This document shows positions 1 to 8,153 of a stretch of 43,869 nucleotides of DNA, in pieces. The notes below the pieces were generated by a model. That model was given only the letters and a program-made list of their open reading frames with translations, had not been told where the DNA came from and did no database searches. The position numbers and the translations under genes are program-made. How positions within the stretch are numbered: the stretch's first letter is position 1; each line of letters starts with the position of its first letter. The stretch is from the IMG/VR virus record IMGVR_UViG_3300031159_000005; one strand, 5' to 3'. The DNA comes from a virus.

Positions 1-71
1 ATGCAACCGACCGGCGGCCGCAACACATGCGGAACCGGTATCGATTCGAACGGCTGATGCGGTACAAAGCG
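1..71. repeat. Left copy of exact 71-nt terminal duplication (= 43799..43869)
   Basis: Direct comparison: atgcaaccgaccggcggccgcaacacatgcgg...ggtacaaagcg is present at both ends. Confidence 0.97.
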
Positions 72-173
72 GAGCTCAATCGCAGGATCAAAGCATCCGG
101 TTATCGTTGGAAGCCGGCTATACCGCTCAATGAGGAGGGGGAGCAAGTTGGACAGACAAACACTGGCGCGTGA
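1..173 (+). CDS. 3' part of the junction-spanning 74-aa hypothetical protein (codons in phase from nt 3, stop 171-173)
   Basis: Same frame as 43747.. through the duplicated 71 nt. Confidence 0.55.
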   Translation, partial: ATDRRPQHMRNRYRFERLMRYKAELNRRIKASGYRWKPAIPLNEEGEQVGQTNTGA

Positions 174-414
174 AGCTGAGGCGGCAGCTCGGAGGGCGCG
201 GCACAATCTGCGCTGGATCCGGAAGCATCCGGACAGGATTGATCAGGCCAAACTCGCGGACATGGAAGCGTATCTGGAGCGAATGATCAGGTTCGCGGAG
301 GAAGAAAAGCGAAACGCCCGGCGGGCAGGCCGGACGTTCTGGAAGATGCATTTTGGAAAGCTCTTCGTGTCCATTATACCACGATTCCACCGGGAAAGGG
401 AACGGCATGTATGA
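148..414 (+). CDS. Hypothetical small basic early protein (the ORF opens at ATG 130; TTG 148 has the better RBS GAGGAGGGGGAG)
   Basis: ORF track 130..414. ATGA overlap with the next gene at 411-414. Confidence 0.55.
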   Translation: MDRQTLAREAEAAARRARHNLRWIRKHPDRIDQAKLADMEAYLERMIRFAEEEKRNARRAGRTFWKMHFGKLFVSIIPRFHRERERHV

Positions 415-623
415 AGTTCCGCTGGCTCTCGAAGAAGGCGGAACAGGCAGCCGTCACAATGGCCTTCGCCCGGGTGATGTGCCGCGGGCTCACGGTCGAG
501 GAGGCTGTCCGGGAGACGTTGGCGAACGGTCGGCACTGCGTCCACCCTGAAGCGGTCTCGGACAGCACGTTCGCCCGCCTGTGTCGGGCAGTCGCTGAAC
601 TCCAGCAGAAGAAAGGAGCATGA
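411..623 (+). CDS. Hypothetical early protein (70 aa)
   Basis: ORF track; translationally coupled (ATGA) to the upstream ORF. Confidence 0.55.
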   Translation: MKFRWLSKKAEQAAVTMAFARVMCRGLTVEEAVRETLANGRHCVHPEAVSDSTFARLCRAVAELQQKKGA

Positions 624-625
624 CG

Positions 626-883
626 ATGCCGGAATTTACGGTCGATCTTTCAAGAGATATCGTTCACGTGAAAGTGAAGCCGGAAGATCGCTGGGACCCT
701 ACGGAGTTGGTGATCTCCGGCGCTGGGACGACGGTTCGGTTGCAAGTCACGGACGATGACCTGGCCGAGATCGCAGAGACGATCCGGACGCATCTCGAAC
801 GGGTCCGGTATCACGAAACACCGGACCAGCAACGAATTCTGAACGCGGAACTTGACGCCGCGATTGAGAATGGCGTCGCATAG
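626..883 (+). CDS. Hypothetical early protein (the ORF opens at 620; ATG 626 is correctly spaced from GAAAGGAG)
   Basis: ORF track 620..883; RBS at 611-618. Confidence 0.55.
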   Translation: MPEFTVDLSRDIVHVKVKPEDRWDPTELVISGAGTTVRLQVTDDDLAEIAETIRTHLERVRYHETPDQQRILNAELDAAIENGVA

Positions 884-1019
884 GGGCCGTCGGCCCCGTC
901 GTAGAGCGTTCGAACGAGGTGTCCCACCCCCTGCACCGATGACTTCGAGCGCTCCACGATGCGGCTGACGCATCACGGGCAGCAACTGCCCGCCAAACCA
1001 ACGAAAGGAAGGTGATCCA

Positions 1020-1142
1020 ATGGGCGACATAGCCGACATGATGCTGGACGGAACGTTGTGCAATCGTTGTGGCGGCTACATCGAAGAAGGCGAACCGGAA
1101 GGTTTCCCGCGACTCTGCGAAGACTGCGAAAACGAAGAATGA
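1020..1142 (+). CDS. 40-aa zinc-ribbon protein (CNRC...CEDC), below the ORF-track size cut-off
   Basis: Own translation: MGDIADMMLDGTLCNRCGGYIEEGEPEGFPRLCEDCENEE. RBS GAAAGGAAGGTGA lies upstream. Confidence 0.55.
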   Translation: MGDIADMMLDGTLCNRCGGYIEEGEPEGFPRLCEDCENEE

Positions 1143-1225
1143 CCCGCGGGCAGGCGGGCCATCTGCAAAACGTTCAATTACCGCCATTTTACCACGGACG
1201 GGGAGTGGCAACAAGGAGGGGTTCG

Positions 1226-3220
1226 ATGAAGCAGATCGTTCTGGAACGGTTGGTGTTGCGCAATTTCAAGGGCATCCGGGATTTCACGCTGGATGCCCGC
1301 GGCGCAAACGTGAACGTCTACGGAGACAATGCTGCGGGCAAGACCACGCTGTTCGACGCCTGGAACTGGCTTCTCTTCGACAAGGACAGCGAGAACAAGA
1401 GCACGGGCAACTTTGAAATCAAGACGCTGCGGCCGGACGGCACGCCGATTCACAACCTCGAGCACGAAGTCGAGGGAATGCTGCTGGTTGATGGCCGGAG
1501 GACAACACTTCGGAAAGTATATCGCGAGAAGTGGACAAAGACCCGCGGCAGAGTGGAGGCCGTGTTTTCGGGGCACACGACGGATTACTTCGTCGACGGT
1601 GTGCCCGTTAAGAAGGGCGAATATGAGGCATCCGTCGCCGCCATCGTCGATGAAGACATCTTCCGTCTGCTGACGGATCCGCGTTACTTCAATGAGGTCA
1701 TGAAGTGGCAGGACCGCCGCAAAACCCTATTGACGGTCTGCGGCGACCTGAAGGACGACGAAGTGATCGCGTCGCGCGCGGAATTGGCGGACCTGCCGGC
1801 GATTCTGGGCGGCCGAACGATCGAACAGCATCGCAAAGTGGTGCTGGCTCGTCGCAAGGAGATCAACGATGAGCTCGAGCGCATCCCGGACCGGATCGAC
1901 GAAGCGAACCGCGCGAAGCCGGACGTCAGCGGGTACAGCGAGGACGAGCTGCAGGTGAAGATCGACGACCTGAAGGTCCAGATCGAGGCGAAGCAGGCTG
2001 AGCTGCAGCGCATCCAGAACGGCGGCGAAATTGCCGAGAAGGAGAAGCGCCAGCGCGAGATTGAGGGCGAACTGCTGGCGCTCAAGAACGAGCTGCAGGC
2101 CGGCACGCTGGACAAGCTGGCCGAGAAACGGCAGGAAATCGCAGAGCTGCGCCGGCGCGCAGAAGAAGCGGACTACGGAATCCAGGAACGGCGGCGCCGC
2201 ATCGAGGCGACCGAGCGTGAGATCGCCGCGCTCAAGGCGGAAGCCGAGCATCTTCGCGAAGAATGGCGCCGGGTCAACGCTGAGCAGTTCGATGCATCGA
2301 GTTGCGGCGATGCCAACTGCCCTACGTGCGGGCAGGCGTTGCCGGAAGAGCAAGTCGCTGCCGCCCGGCAGAAGGCAGAGGCCGAGTTCAACCGGCGCAA
2401 GGCCGAGCGGTTGGAGGCGATCAACCAGCGCGGGAAGGCAAAAGTCGCCGAAGCACAGCGGTTGGCTCAAGAAAAGGCCGAGCACGAACGGGTGCTGGCC
2501 GAGCTGCTCGAAGTCCGCGGGCCGCGCTGGGCGGCCGTCGAAGCCGCCGATAAGGAACTGGCGGAGCTTCAAGCCGGCATGACGGACGTGACAGCCGAAC
2601 CGCGGTACATCAAGAAGCAGCAGGAGCTTGAGGCCGTCAAAACTGAGATCGCGGCGCTGCGGTCGTCCAACCTGAGCGCGCTTGACGCTGTTCGGCTGGA
2701 GATCGCCAAGCTGCGGAACGAGCTGGAACTGCTCGAATCGAAGCGCTCGAAGTTTGATCTTGTTCGCCGGCAGGACGCCCGGATCGCCGAACTGGAGCAG
2801 CAGGAGAAGGAACTGGCCGCCGAGTTCGAACGGCTTGAGCACGAACTGCATCTGCTCGACGAGTTCACCCGGGCGAAGGTCGATCTGCTGGAAAACCGGA
2901 TCAATTCGAAGTTCCGGATGGCTCGGTTCAAACTCTTCAACCAACTTTTGCACGGCGGCCTCGAGGAAACGTGCGAGGTCACGGTCGACGGCGTGCCCTA
3001 CGGCAGCCTGAACAACGCTTCCCGCCACAACGTCGGCCTCGACATCATCACGACGCTGTCCGAGCACTACGGCATCGCGGCCCCGATCTTCTTGGACAAT
3101 GCCGAGTCGATCACGCGCCCGCTGGACACGCCGGGGCAGCAAATCCGCCTGATCGTATCGGCGGCGGACAAGCAGTTACGGGTGGAAACGGAAAAAGCAC
3201 AAATCAAGGAGGTTGTGTAA
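1226..3220 (+). CDS. SMC/Rad50/SbcC-like AAA ATPase with long coiled coil and CxxC zinc hook (664 aa)
   Basis: N-terminal LRNFKGIRDF...GDNAAGKTTLFDA Walker A, about 400 aa of heptad-rich sequence with CPTCGQ in the middle, and a C-terminal ABC-type LDNAES (Walker B-like). ATG 1226 follows AAGGAGGGG; the track ORF from 1058 is an upstream extension. Confidence 0.8.
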   Translation: MKQIVLERLVLRNFKGIRDFTLDARGANVNVYGDNAAGKTTLFDAWNWLLFDKDSENKSTGNFEIKTLRPDGTPIHNLEHEVEGMLLVDGRRTTLRKVYREKWTKTRGRVEAVFSGHTTDYFVDGVPVKKGEYEASVAAIVDEDIFRLLTDPRYFNEVMKWQDRRKTLLTVCGDLKDDEVIASRAELADLPAILGGRTIEQHRKVVLARRKEINDELERIPDRIDEANRAKPDVSGYSEDELQVKIDDLKVQIEAKQAELQRIQNGGEIAEKEKRQREIEGELLALKNELQAGTLDKLAEKRQEIAELRRRAEEADYGIQERRRRIEATEREIAALKAEAEHLREEWRRVNAEQFDASSCGDANCPTCGQALPEEQVAAARQKAEAEFNRRKAERLEAINQRGKAKVAEAQRLAQEKAEHERVLAELLEVRGPRWAAVEAADKELAELQAGMTDVTAEPRYIKKQQELEAVKTEIAALRSSNLSALDAVRLEIAKLRNELELLESKRSKFDLVRRQDARIAELEQQEKELAAEFERLEHELHLLDEFTRAKVDLLENRINSKFRMARFKLFNQLLHGGLEETCEVTVDGVPYGSLNNASRHNVGLDIITTLSEHYGIAAPIFLDNAESITRPLDTPGQQIRLIVSAADKQLRVETEKAQIKEVV

Positions 3221-3223
3221 TCC

Positions 3224-4330
3224 ATGAGCAACCAACAGCAAATCGCGAAAACGGAAGAACCGGCTTCCGTTCGCTTTACCAACCGCGTCATTGCGGAATT
3301 TAGCGGGGGAGTCGGAGAAATTGCCCTCTCCGACTTCCAACGGCGCCTCGCTCAGAACTACTTCATCGCGGCTGATGCAGCCCTGAAAAACGCTGAGGCG
3401 GCGCGCATGCGCAAGCCTGAGAACAGGCGCGATCCGGTACCGGTCACATGGGCAAACGTAAATCTGGAATCGGTTGCTCAAGCGGTAGTAGCAGCCGCCC
3501 GGATCGGACTTGACCCGATGCAGAAGAACCATGTCGCACTTGTCCCTTTCAAGAACAACCACACCGGGAAGTATGAACTCGCCTTCATCGAAGGGTACCG
3601 CGGCCTTGAGCTGAAAGCCGAGAAATATGCCCTTGATATGCCGACAGCTGTTGTCGTGGAACTAGTCTATTCAAATGACCATTTCCGCGTGATCAAGGGG
3701 GATTTCCGAAACCCGGGCGATGGGTACGAATTCGAGATCAAGAATCCGTTTGACCGCGGTGAACTGCAAGGCGGATTCTACTTCCACTACTACGAGAACA
3801 ATCCGCGCAAGAACAAGCTTGTCGTGATGCCGCTGAAGGAAATCCTCAAACGGAAACCGGCACACGCTTCCCCTGAGTTCTGGGGCGGCGAGAAAGACAT
3901 CTGGGAAAAGGACCCTCAGACGGGAAGAAACAAGAAGGTTGGAACCGAGCATGTTGAAGGCTGGTTCGAGAAGATGTGCTGGAAGACGGTCTTCCGGGCC
4001 GCCTACAACGACCTGACGATCGACAGCGAGAAGATCGATGCCGACTATCGCCGGCTGAAGCAGCTTGAACAGGATTACGAGGCGATGGCTGTGGCCGAGG
4101 AAATCGCTGCGAACGCCAACAAGACGCCGATTGACATCGACGACTACCAGGTGAGTGACGCCGTCGGTCCGGCACCTAATGATCCGGCATCTTATGACAC
4201 TGCATCGGAAGAACCGGCGCAAACGAGTTCTCAGCAAGCTAATTCCAATGCCGGCGCACCTTTCGACGACGGCCAGAGCGCCTTCGACTTCGGCGAACCT
4301 GTGGCGGCCGGCGATGGACCGGGATTCTGA
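3224..4330 (+). CDS. recT: RecT-family single-strand annealing recombinase
   Basis: IGLDPMQKNHVALVPFKN...ELAFIEGYRGLELKAEK and W..KMCWKTVFR align by eye with the conserved RecT core. Confidence 0.8.
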   Translation: MSNQQQIAKTEEPASVRFTNRVIAEFSGGVGEIALSDFQRRLAQNYFIAADAALKNAEAARMRKPENRRDPVPVTWANVNLESVAQAVVAAARIGLDPMQKNHVALVPFKNNHTGKYELAFIEGYRGLELKAEKYALDMPTAVVVELVYSNDHFRVIKGDFRNPGDGYEFEIKNPFDRGELQGGFYFHYYENNPRKNKLVVMPLKEILKRKPAHASPEFWGGEKDIWEKDPQTGRNKKVGTEHVEGWFEKMCWKTVFRAAYNDLTIDSEKIDADYRRLKQLEQDYEAMAVAEEIAANANKTPIDIDDYQVSDAVGPAPNDPASYDTASEEPAQTSSQQANSNAGAPFDDGQSAFDFGEPVAAGDGPGF

Positions 4331-5037
4331 TGATTCGGTTTCGTTCTATCGCCAGCTCGTCCGCCGGCAACTGCTACCACGTCACGGACGGCCGTACAGA
4401 GCTGTTGATCGAGGCCGGCATACGATTCGCAGACATCCGCAAGGCGCTGGATTTCCGCGTCTCGCGCCTTGCGGGCGTCCTGATCAGCCATGAGCACATG
4501 GACCACTCCCGGGCGGTCGCGGACCTCGCGAAGACCGGCGTCGACGTCTACGCCAGCTCAGGCACCATCGCCGCCCGGGGGCTCAGCGGGCATCGTGTGA
4601 AGACGATTGAGCCGAAACGGCAGTTCGAGATCGGGACGTGGACGATCATGCCGTTCGACGTGGAGCACGACGCCGAGCAGCCGCTCGGGTTCCTTATGGC
4701 CAATCGGGACGGCGAGAAGTTGGTATTTATCACGGACAGCTATTACTGCCGGTACACGTTCAGCGGATTAACGCACATCGCGGTCGAGTGCAATTACTCA
4801 CTCAGGATATTGGACGAGAATATCGCCGCTGGCCGTGTGCATCCGGCGATGCGGCCGCGGTTGCTCCGGTCGCATTTCAGCCTCGAAAACGTGCTGGACT
4901 TCCTGCGGGCGAACGACATGTCGAAGGTGCAGGAGATCCACCTGCTGCACCTTTCGGACAACAACAGCGACGAAGCGCTGTTCAAGCGAAAGGTACAGGA
5001 AGTGTCCGGGAAACCGGTCTACATTGCGGGGAGGTAA
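4330..5037 (+). CDS. Metallo-beta-lactamase-fold hydrolase (likely the recombination-associated nuclease)
   Basis: HEHMDHS (HxHxDH) motif. TGATG overlap with recT. Confidence 0.8.
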   Translation: MIRFRSIASSSAGNCYHVTDGRTELLIEAGIRFADIRKALDFRVSRLAGVLISHEHMDHSRAVADLAKTGVDVYASSGTIAARGLSGHRVKTIEPKRQFEIGTWTIMPFDVEHDAEQPLGFLMANRDGEKLVFITDSYYCRYTFSGLTHIAVECNYSLRILDENIAAGRVHPAMRPRLLRSHFSLENVLDFLRANDMSKVQEIHLLHLSDNNSDEALFKRKVQEVSGKPVYIAGR

Positions 5038-5041
5038 GGAC

Positions 5042-5191
5042 ATGCGAGGAAAACGACCGACACTGCGGCAGAAGAAAGCGATCGCCGGCATGGGGCTCAA
5101 CCCGGAAAATTGGCTCATTGCGAAGGCACCGCCGGGGGAACTGCATCTGATTCATCGGTTCACGGGCACAAAGAAGGTCATTCCGGCATGA
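5042..5191 (+). CDS. 49-aa conserved-looking small phage protein (..GLNPENWLI..)
   Basis: Own translation: MRGKRPTLRQKKAIAGMGLNPENWLIAKAPPGELHLIHRFTGTKKVIPA. RBS GGGGAGG 5 nt upstream. Confidence 0.55.
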   Translation: MRGKRPTLRQKKAIAGMGLNPENWLIAKAPPGELHLIHRFTGTKKVIPA

Positions 5192-5215
5192 GAAGGGCAC
5201 AGGGAGAGGATCAAA

Positions 5216-6037
5216 GTGGCATGGATTGAGAGCCATCAGGGGCTGGCCAAGCACCCCAAAACGTTGAAGTTGGCCAGAAAACTGAATATCAACATCGCTC
5301 AAGCAATCGGCCACCTTCATTTGTTTTGGTGGTGGGCGATGGAATATGCGCAGGACGGAGACCTCTCCCACTGTGACCCCGAAGATATCGCGATTGCTGC
5401 TGACTGGCCGGGGGATGCCGGACTTTTTGTCGATTCTCTCGTCGATTCCGGGTTCGTTGATCGGGGCGATGACGGCAACCTATCAATCCACGACTGGTAT
5501 GAATACGCCGGCAAACTGATCGAGCGGCGCATTGCTGACGCTGAGCGGAAGAGAAAAGAACGAAAGAAAAAGGACGTCCATAAGACGTCCGCCGGACATC
5601 CGCAGGACGTCGAACGGACGTCTGACGTAACCCTAACCGTACCTAAACCAAGTAATGATGGATTGATGGATAACGCACCCGCGCGCGAGACATTTGAACA
5701 AGCACACAAACGGGTGTTCGGTTTCCACTGCAATCCCATGCAGAGCCAACAACTCTCCAGCTACATCGAGGATGGCATGGATGAGGCGGTCATTATTCGG
5801 GCATTTGAGCGAGCCTCGGACACCGGAAAAACCGGGTACAACTTCAAGTTCATCCGCGCCATCGTTGAGAACTACTTCAAGAACGGCGTTCGGACGTTGG
5901 AGCAAGCGATCAAGTTGGACGACGCACATGACGCTGCGCGACGACGAGACCTACCGGAAGGAAAGTCGCGCCAGTCCAGGACGTTCGATATCCTGAATCA
6001 GCTCGAGAAGGAGTTTGAAGCCTATGACACAGGCTGA
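5216..6037 (+). CDS. Replication initiator / replisome organizer with C-terminal DnaD-like domain
   Basis: The C-terminal FGFHCNPMQSQQLSSYIEDGMDEAVIIRAFERA...YNFKFIRAIVENYFKNGV resembles DnaD/DnaB_2 repeats. GTG start after AGGGAGAGGA. Confidence 0.7.
   Translation: MAWIESHQGLAKHPKTLKLARKLNINIAQAIGHLHLFWWWAMEYAQDGDLSHCDPEDIAIAADWPGDAGLFVDSLVDSGFVDRGDDGNLSIHDWYEYAGKLIERRIADAERKRKERKKKDVHKTSAGHPQDVERTSDVTLTVPKPSNDGLMDNAPARETFEQAHKRVFGFHCNPMQSQQLSSYIEDGMDEAVIIRAFERASDTGKTGYNFKFIRAIVENYFKNGVRTLEQAIKLDDAHDAARRRDLPEGKSRQSRTFDILNQLEKEFEAYDTG
5573..5629. repeat. Iteron array: GAC(G/A)TC at 5573, 5584, 5595, 5606 and 5617 (exact 11-bp phasing) plus GACGTA at 5624; candidate phage ori inside the initiator gene
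   Basis: Counted directly. Preceded by the purine/A-rich tract 5548-5571. Confidence 0.6.
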
Positions 6038-6395
6038 AATCGTCAAGTTGTTCAAGGCCATCACATTGTCATATCCAGCGTTTCGGCTCACGGACGATCT
6101 GGCGAAGGAGCAGGTTATGCTCTGGCATGAGCACCTGAAGGACATCACGTTCGACCACGCGATGGAGAACCTTCGCCGGCACGTGCGGACGGAGAAGTTC
6201 CCGCCGACCATCGCTGACCTGCGGCGGCCACTCGATCAAAAGGACCCGGAGACGGTCTATCATGAGCAGCTGCGACGCGAAAGCGAGGAACATTTCCGGA
6301 AGCTTGAAGAATACGCCCGGACGGCCGTGCCGGCGCCGCCGGAAGTGAAAGAGAGGATGAGGCAGCTTGCTGCGAGACGAGCTTATGGCGGCTGA
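6024..6395 (+). CDS. Helicase loader, SPP1 G39P-like (loader/inhibitor of the replicative helicase)
   Basis: AEIVKLFKAITLSYPAF...VMLWHEHLKDITFDHAMENLRRHVRTEKFPPTIADL matches the G39P-family pattern, and the gene lies immediately upstream of dnaB. The ORF opens at 6015; ATG 6024 fits RBS GAAGGAG. Confidence 0.55.
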   Translation: MTQAEIVKLFKAITLSYPAFRLTDDLAKEQVMLWHEHLKDITFDHAMENLRRHVRTEKFPPTIADLRRPLDQKDPETVYHEQLRRESEEHFRKLEEYARTAVPAPPEVKERMRQLAARRAYGG

Positions 6396-7767
6396 ACTGC
6401 CGCAGAACTACGAGGCAGAGGTGTCGGTGCTCGGCTCAATCCTGTTGGACAACACCGCATTTGACGCGGCAGAAAGCGTCCTTCGCGGCGACGAGTTTTA
6501 CGACGCCCGGAACGCCCGAATTTACAGGGCCATGTGCGAGATGCGTGAGGCGGGCGAGCCGATCGACCTCGTGACACTGACGGATCAACTGATCAAACGC
6601 GGCGAGTTGGAGACAGTCGGCGGGGTTGATTATTTGGCAAGGCTCGAAAGCATTGTGCCGACAGCGACCAATATCGAGTATTACGCCGGCATCGTCCGTG
6701 AGCGGCACCTGAAGCGCGCTGAGATCCTGATGCTCCGCGAAGCGTTGCAGAAGGCCATGCAGGGGGATGGTGAGGCCGGCCAGATTGCGGCGGCCGTCCA
6801 GGACAAGGCAATGTCCATCCTCGAGCAGAGCGCAACGGCCGAGAAGACATTCCAGCCAATTGGTGAGGTTGCAGTCAGCCGTTACGACGAGATTGAGCAG
6901 CGCGCAGAGTCTCCAGCAGGAAATGGGGTAACGGGGCTGCCAACGGGATATCCGGATCTGGACCGGATGACGACCGGACTTCAGCCGAGCGACCTGATCA
7001 TCGTGGCGGCCCGGCCGTCGGTTGGGAAGACGGCGTTTGCGCTCAATGTCGCCGCGAATGTCGGGGTCAGGACACGGGAGACTGTCGCGATCTTCAGCCT
7101 CGAAATGTCAGCGGGGCAACTGGTGGATCGGATGATCGCAGCCGAGGGACCGATCGACGCGAGCAGGCTGCGGACGGGTCGGCTGGAGAGTGATGATTGG
7201 GAAAAGCTGACGATGGCGATCGGGAGCCTGAACGAGGCGCCGATCTACATCGACGACACGCCCGGGCTGACTGTGCAGGACATCCGCATCAAGGCCCGCC
7301 GGCTGCAGCGTGAGCATGGACTCGGTCTGATCATCGTCGACTATCTGCAACTGGTCCAGACGCGTCGGCGAGGCGAGAACCGGCAGCAAGAGGTGTCGGA
7401 GATATCCCGCACGCTGAAGCAGATCGCGCGCGAATTGAATGTGCCGGTCATCGCTCTGTCCCAGCTCAGCCGGGCCGTCGAGCAGCGGCAGGACAAGCGG
7501 CCGATGCTCTCCGACCTGCGAGAGTCTGGCTCGATCGAACAGGACGCCGATGTCGTCGCCTTCCTGTATAGGGACGATTACTACGACAAGGAAACCGAGC
7601 GGAAAAACATCATCGAGATCATCATTGCTAAGCAGAGGAACGGCCCGGTCGGTACGGTCGAGCTCGTCTTCCTCAAGAACTTCAACAAGTTCGTGAGCCT
7701 CGACCGCGGGCACAGCGAGCAGCCGGCGCGCCGATCAGAACCTGACGAGCGGAGGCGATGGGCGTGA
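6367..7767 (+). CDS. dnaB: Replicative DNA helicase DnaB (start 6367 TTG or 6385 ATG)
   Basis: LPQNYEAEVSVLGSILLDN N-terminal domain, ARPSVGKTAFALN Walker A, IIVDYLQL Walker B, SGSIEQDADVV. Confidence 0.9.
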   Translation: MLRDELMAAELPQNYEAEVSVLGSILLDNTAFDAAESVLRGDEFYDARNARIYRAMCEMREAGEPIDLVTLTDQLIKRGELETVGGVDYLARLESIVPTATNIEYYAGIVRERHLKRAEILMLREALQKAMQGDGEAGQIAAAVQDKAMSILEQSATAEKTFQPIGEVAVSRYDEIEQRAESPAGNGVTGLPTGYPDLDRMTTGLQPSDLIIVAARPSVGKTAFALNVAANVGVRTRETVAIFSLEMSAGQLVDRMIAAEGPIDASRLRTGRLESDDWEKLTMAIGSLNEAPIYIDDTPGLTVQDIRIKARRLQREHGLGLIIVDYLQLVQTRRRGENRQQEVSEISRTLKQIARELNVPVIALSQLSRAVEQRQDKRPMLSDLRESGSIEQDADVVAFLYRDDYYDKETERKNIIEIIIAKQRNGPVGTVELVFLKNFNKFVSLDRGHSEQPARRSEPDERRRWA

Positions 7768-8153
7768 CGGAACGCATGACGGTTGAAGAGTATCGGGCGT
7801 ACCTGGACGGCAAGAAGCGCAGCAAGTACCGGAACGAGAAGACACGCGTCGACGGCATCACATTCGACTCACAGGCTGAGGCGAACCGGTACTGCGAACT
7901 GAAGGCCCTCCAGCAAGCCGGTGTGATCGAATGGTTCATCCTTCAGCCGCGGTTTCTGCTGCAGGAGGGCTTCCAGAAGGGCGACATTACGTTCGGCAAG
8001 ATTGAATACGTCGCGGATTTCCTGATCCGCTGGTCGGACGGGACGAACACCGTCGAGGACGTCAAAGGCATGCGGACGCGGGAATACCGAATGAAGCGGC
8101 AGATGTTCGAGCGGCGTTACCCTACGCTGCAGATCGTGGAGGTGGAAGCATGA
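7758..8153 (+). CDS. DUF1064-type protein (endonuclease-fold, resolvase-like)
   Basis: SKYRNEKTRVDGITFDSQAEANRYCELK...EYVADF...VEDVKG pattern typical of DUF1064. Start 7758 or GTG 7764. Confidence 0.65.
   Translation: MGVTERMTVEEYRAYLDGKKRSKYRNEKTRVDGITFDSQAEANRYCELKALQQAGVIEWFILQPRFLLQEGFQKGDITFGKIEYVADFLIRWSDGTNTVEDVKGMRTREYRMKRQMFERRYPTLQIVEVEA

Noticed and set aside
1-71. Interpreting the terminal 71-nt repeat as a cos site or true DTR
   Set aside because: It lies inside an ORF with a good RBS. The PBSX-type TerL suggests headful packaging, and the length is typical of an assembler overlap. It cannot be fully excluded without reads.
1058-1225. N-terminal extension of the ATPase ORF (track start 1058), and the analogous extensions 10726-10833, 14317-14379, 36400-36426 and 38100-38210
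   Set aside because: The extensions are Arg-rich or cross terminators and promoters, and they overlap better-supported small genes. Internal starts have proper GGAGG-type RBS or ATGA coupling.
1727-3142. 471-aa minus-strand ORF antisense to the Rad50/SbcC-like ATPase gene
   Set aside because: This is a typical GC-rich shadow frame: Arg/Leu/Pro/Gln-rich low-complexity sequence with no RBS. The sense strand has clear Walker A, coiled-coil and zinc-hook features.
5573-5629. Short phased repeats (here and at 14833-14871) as a CRISPR array
   Set aside because: The repeat units are 6-8 bp with 3-5 bp between them. There are no 25-40 nt spacers and no cas genes. They fit iterons or activator sites.
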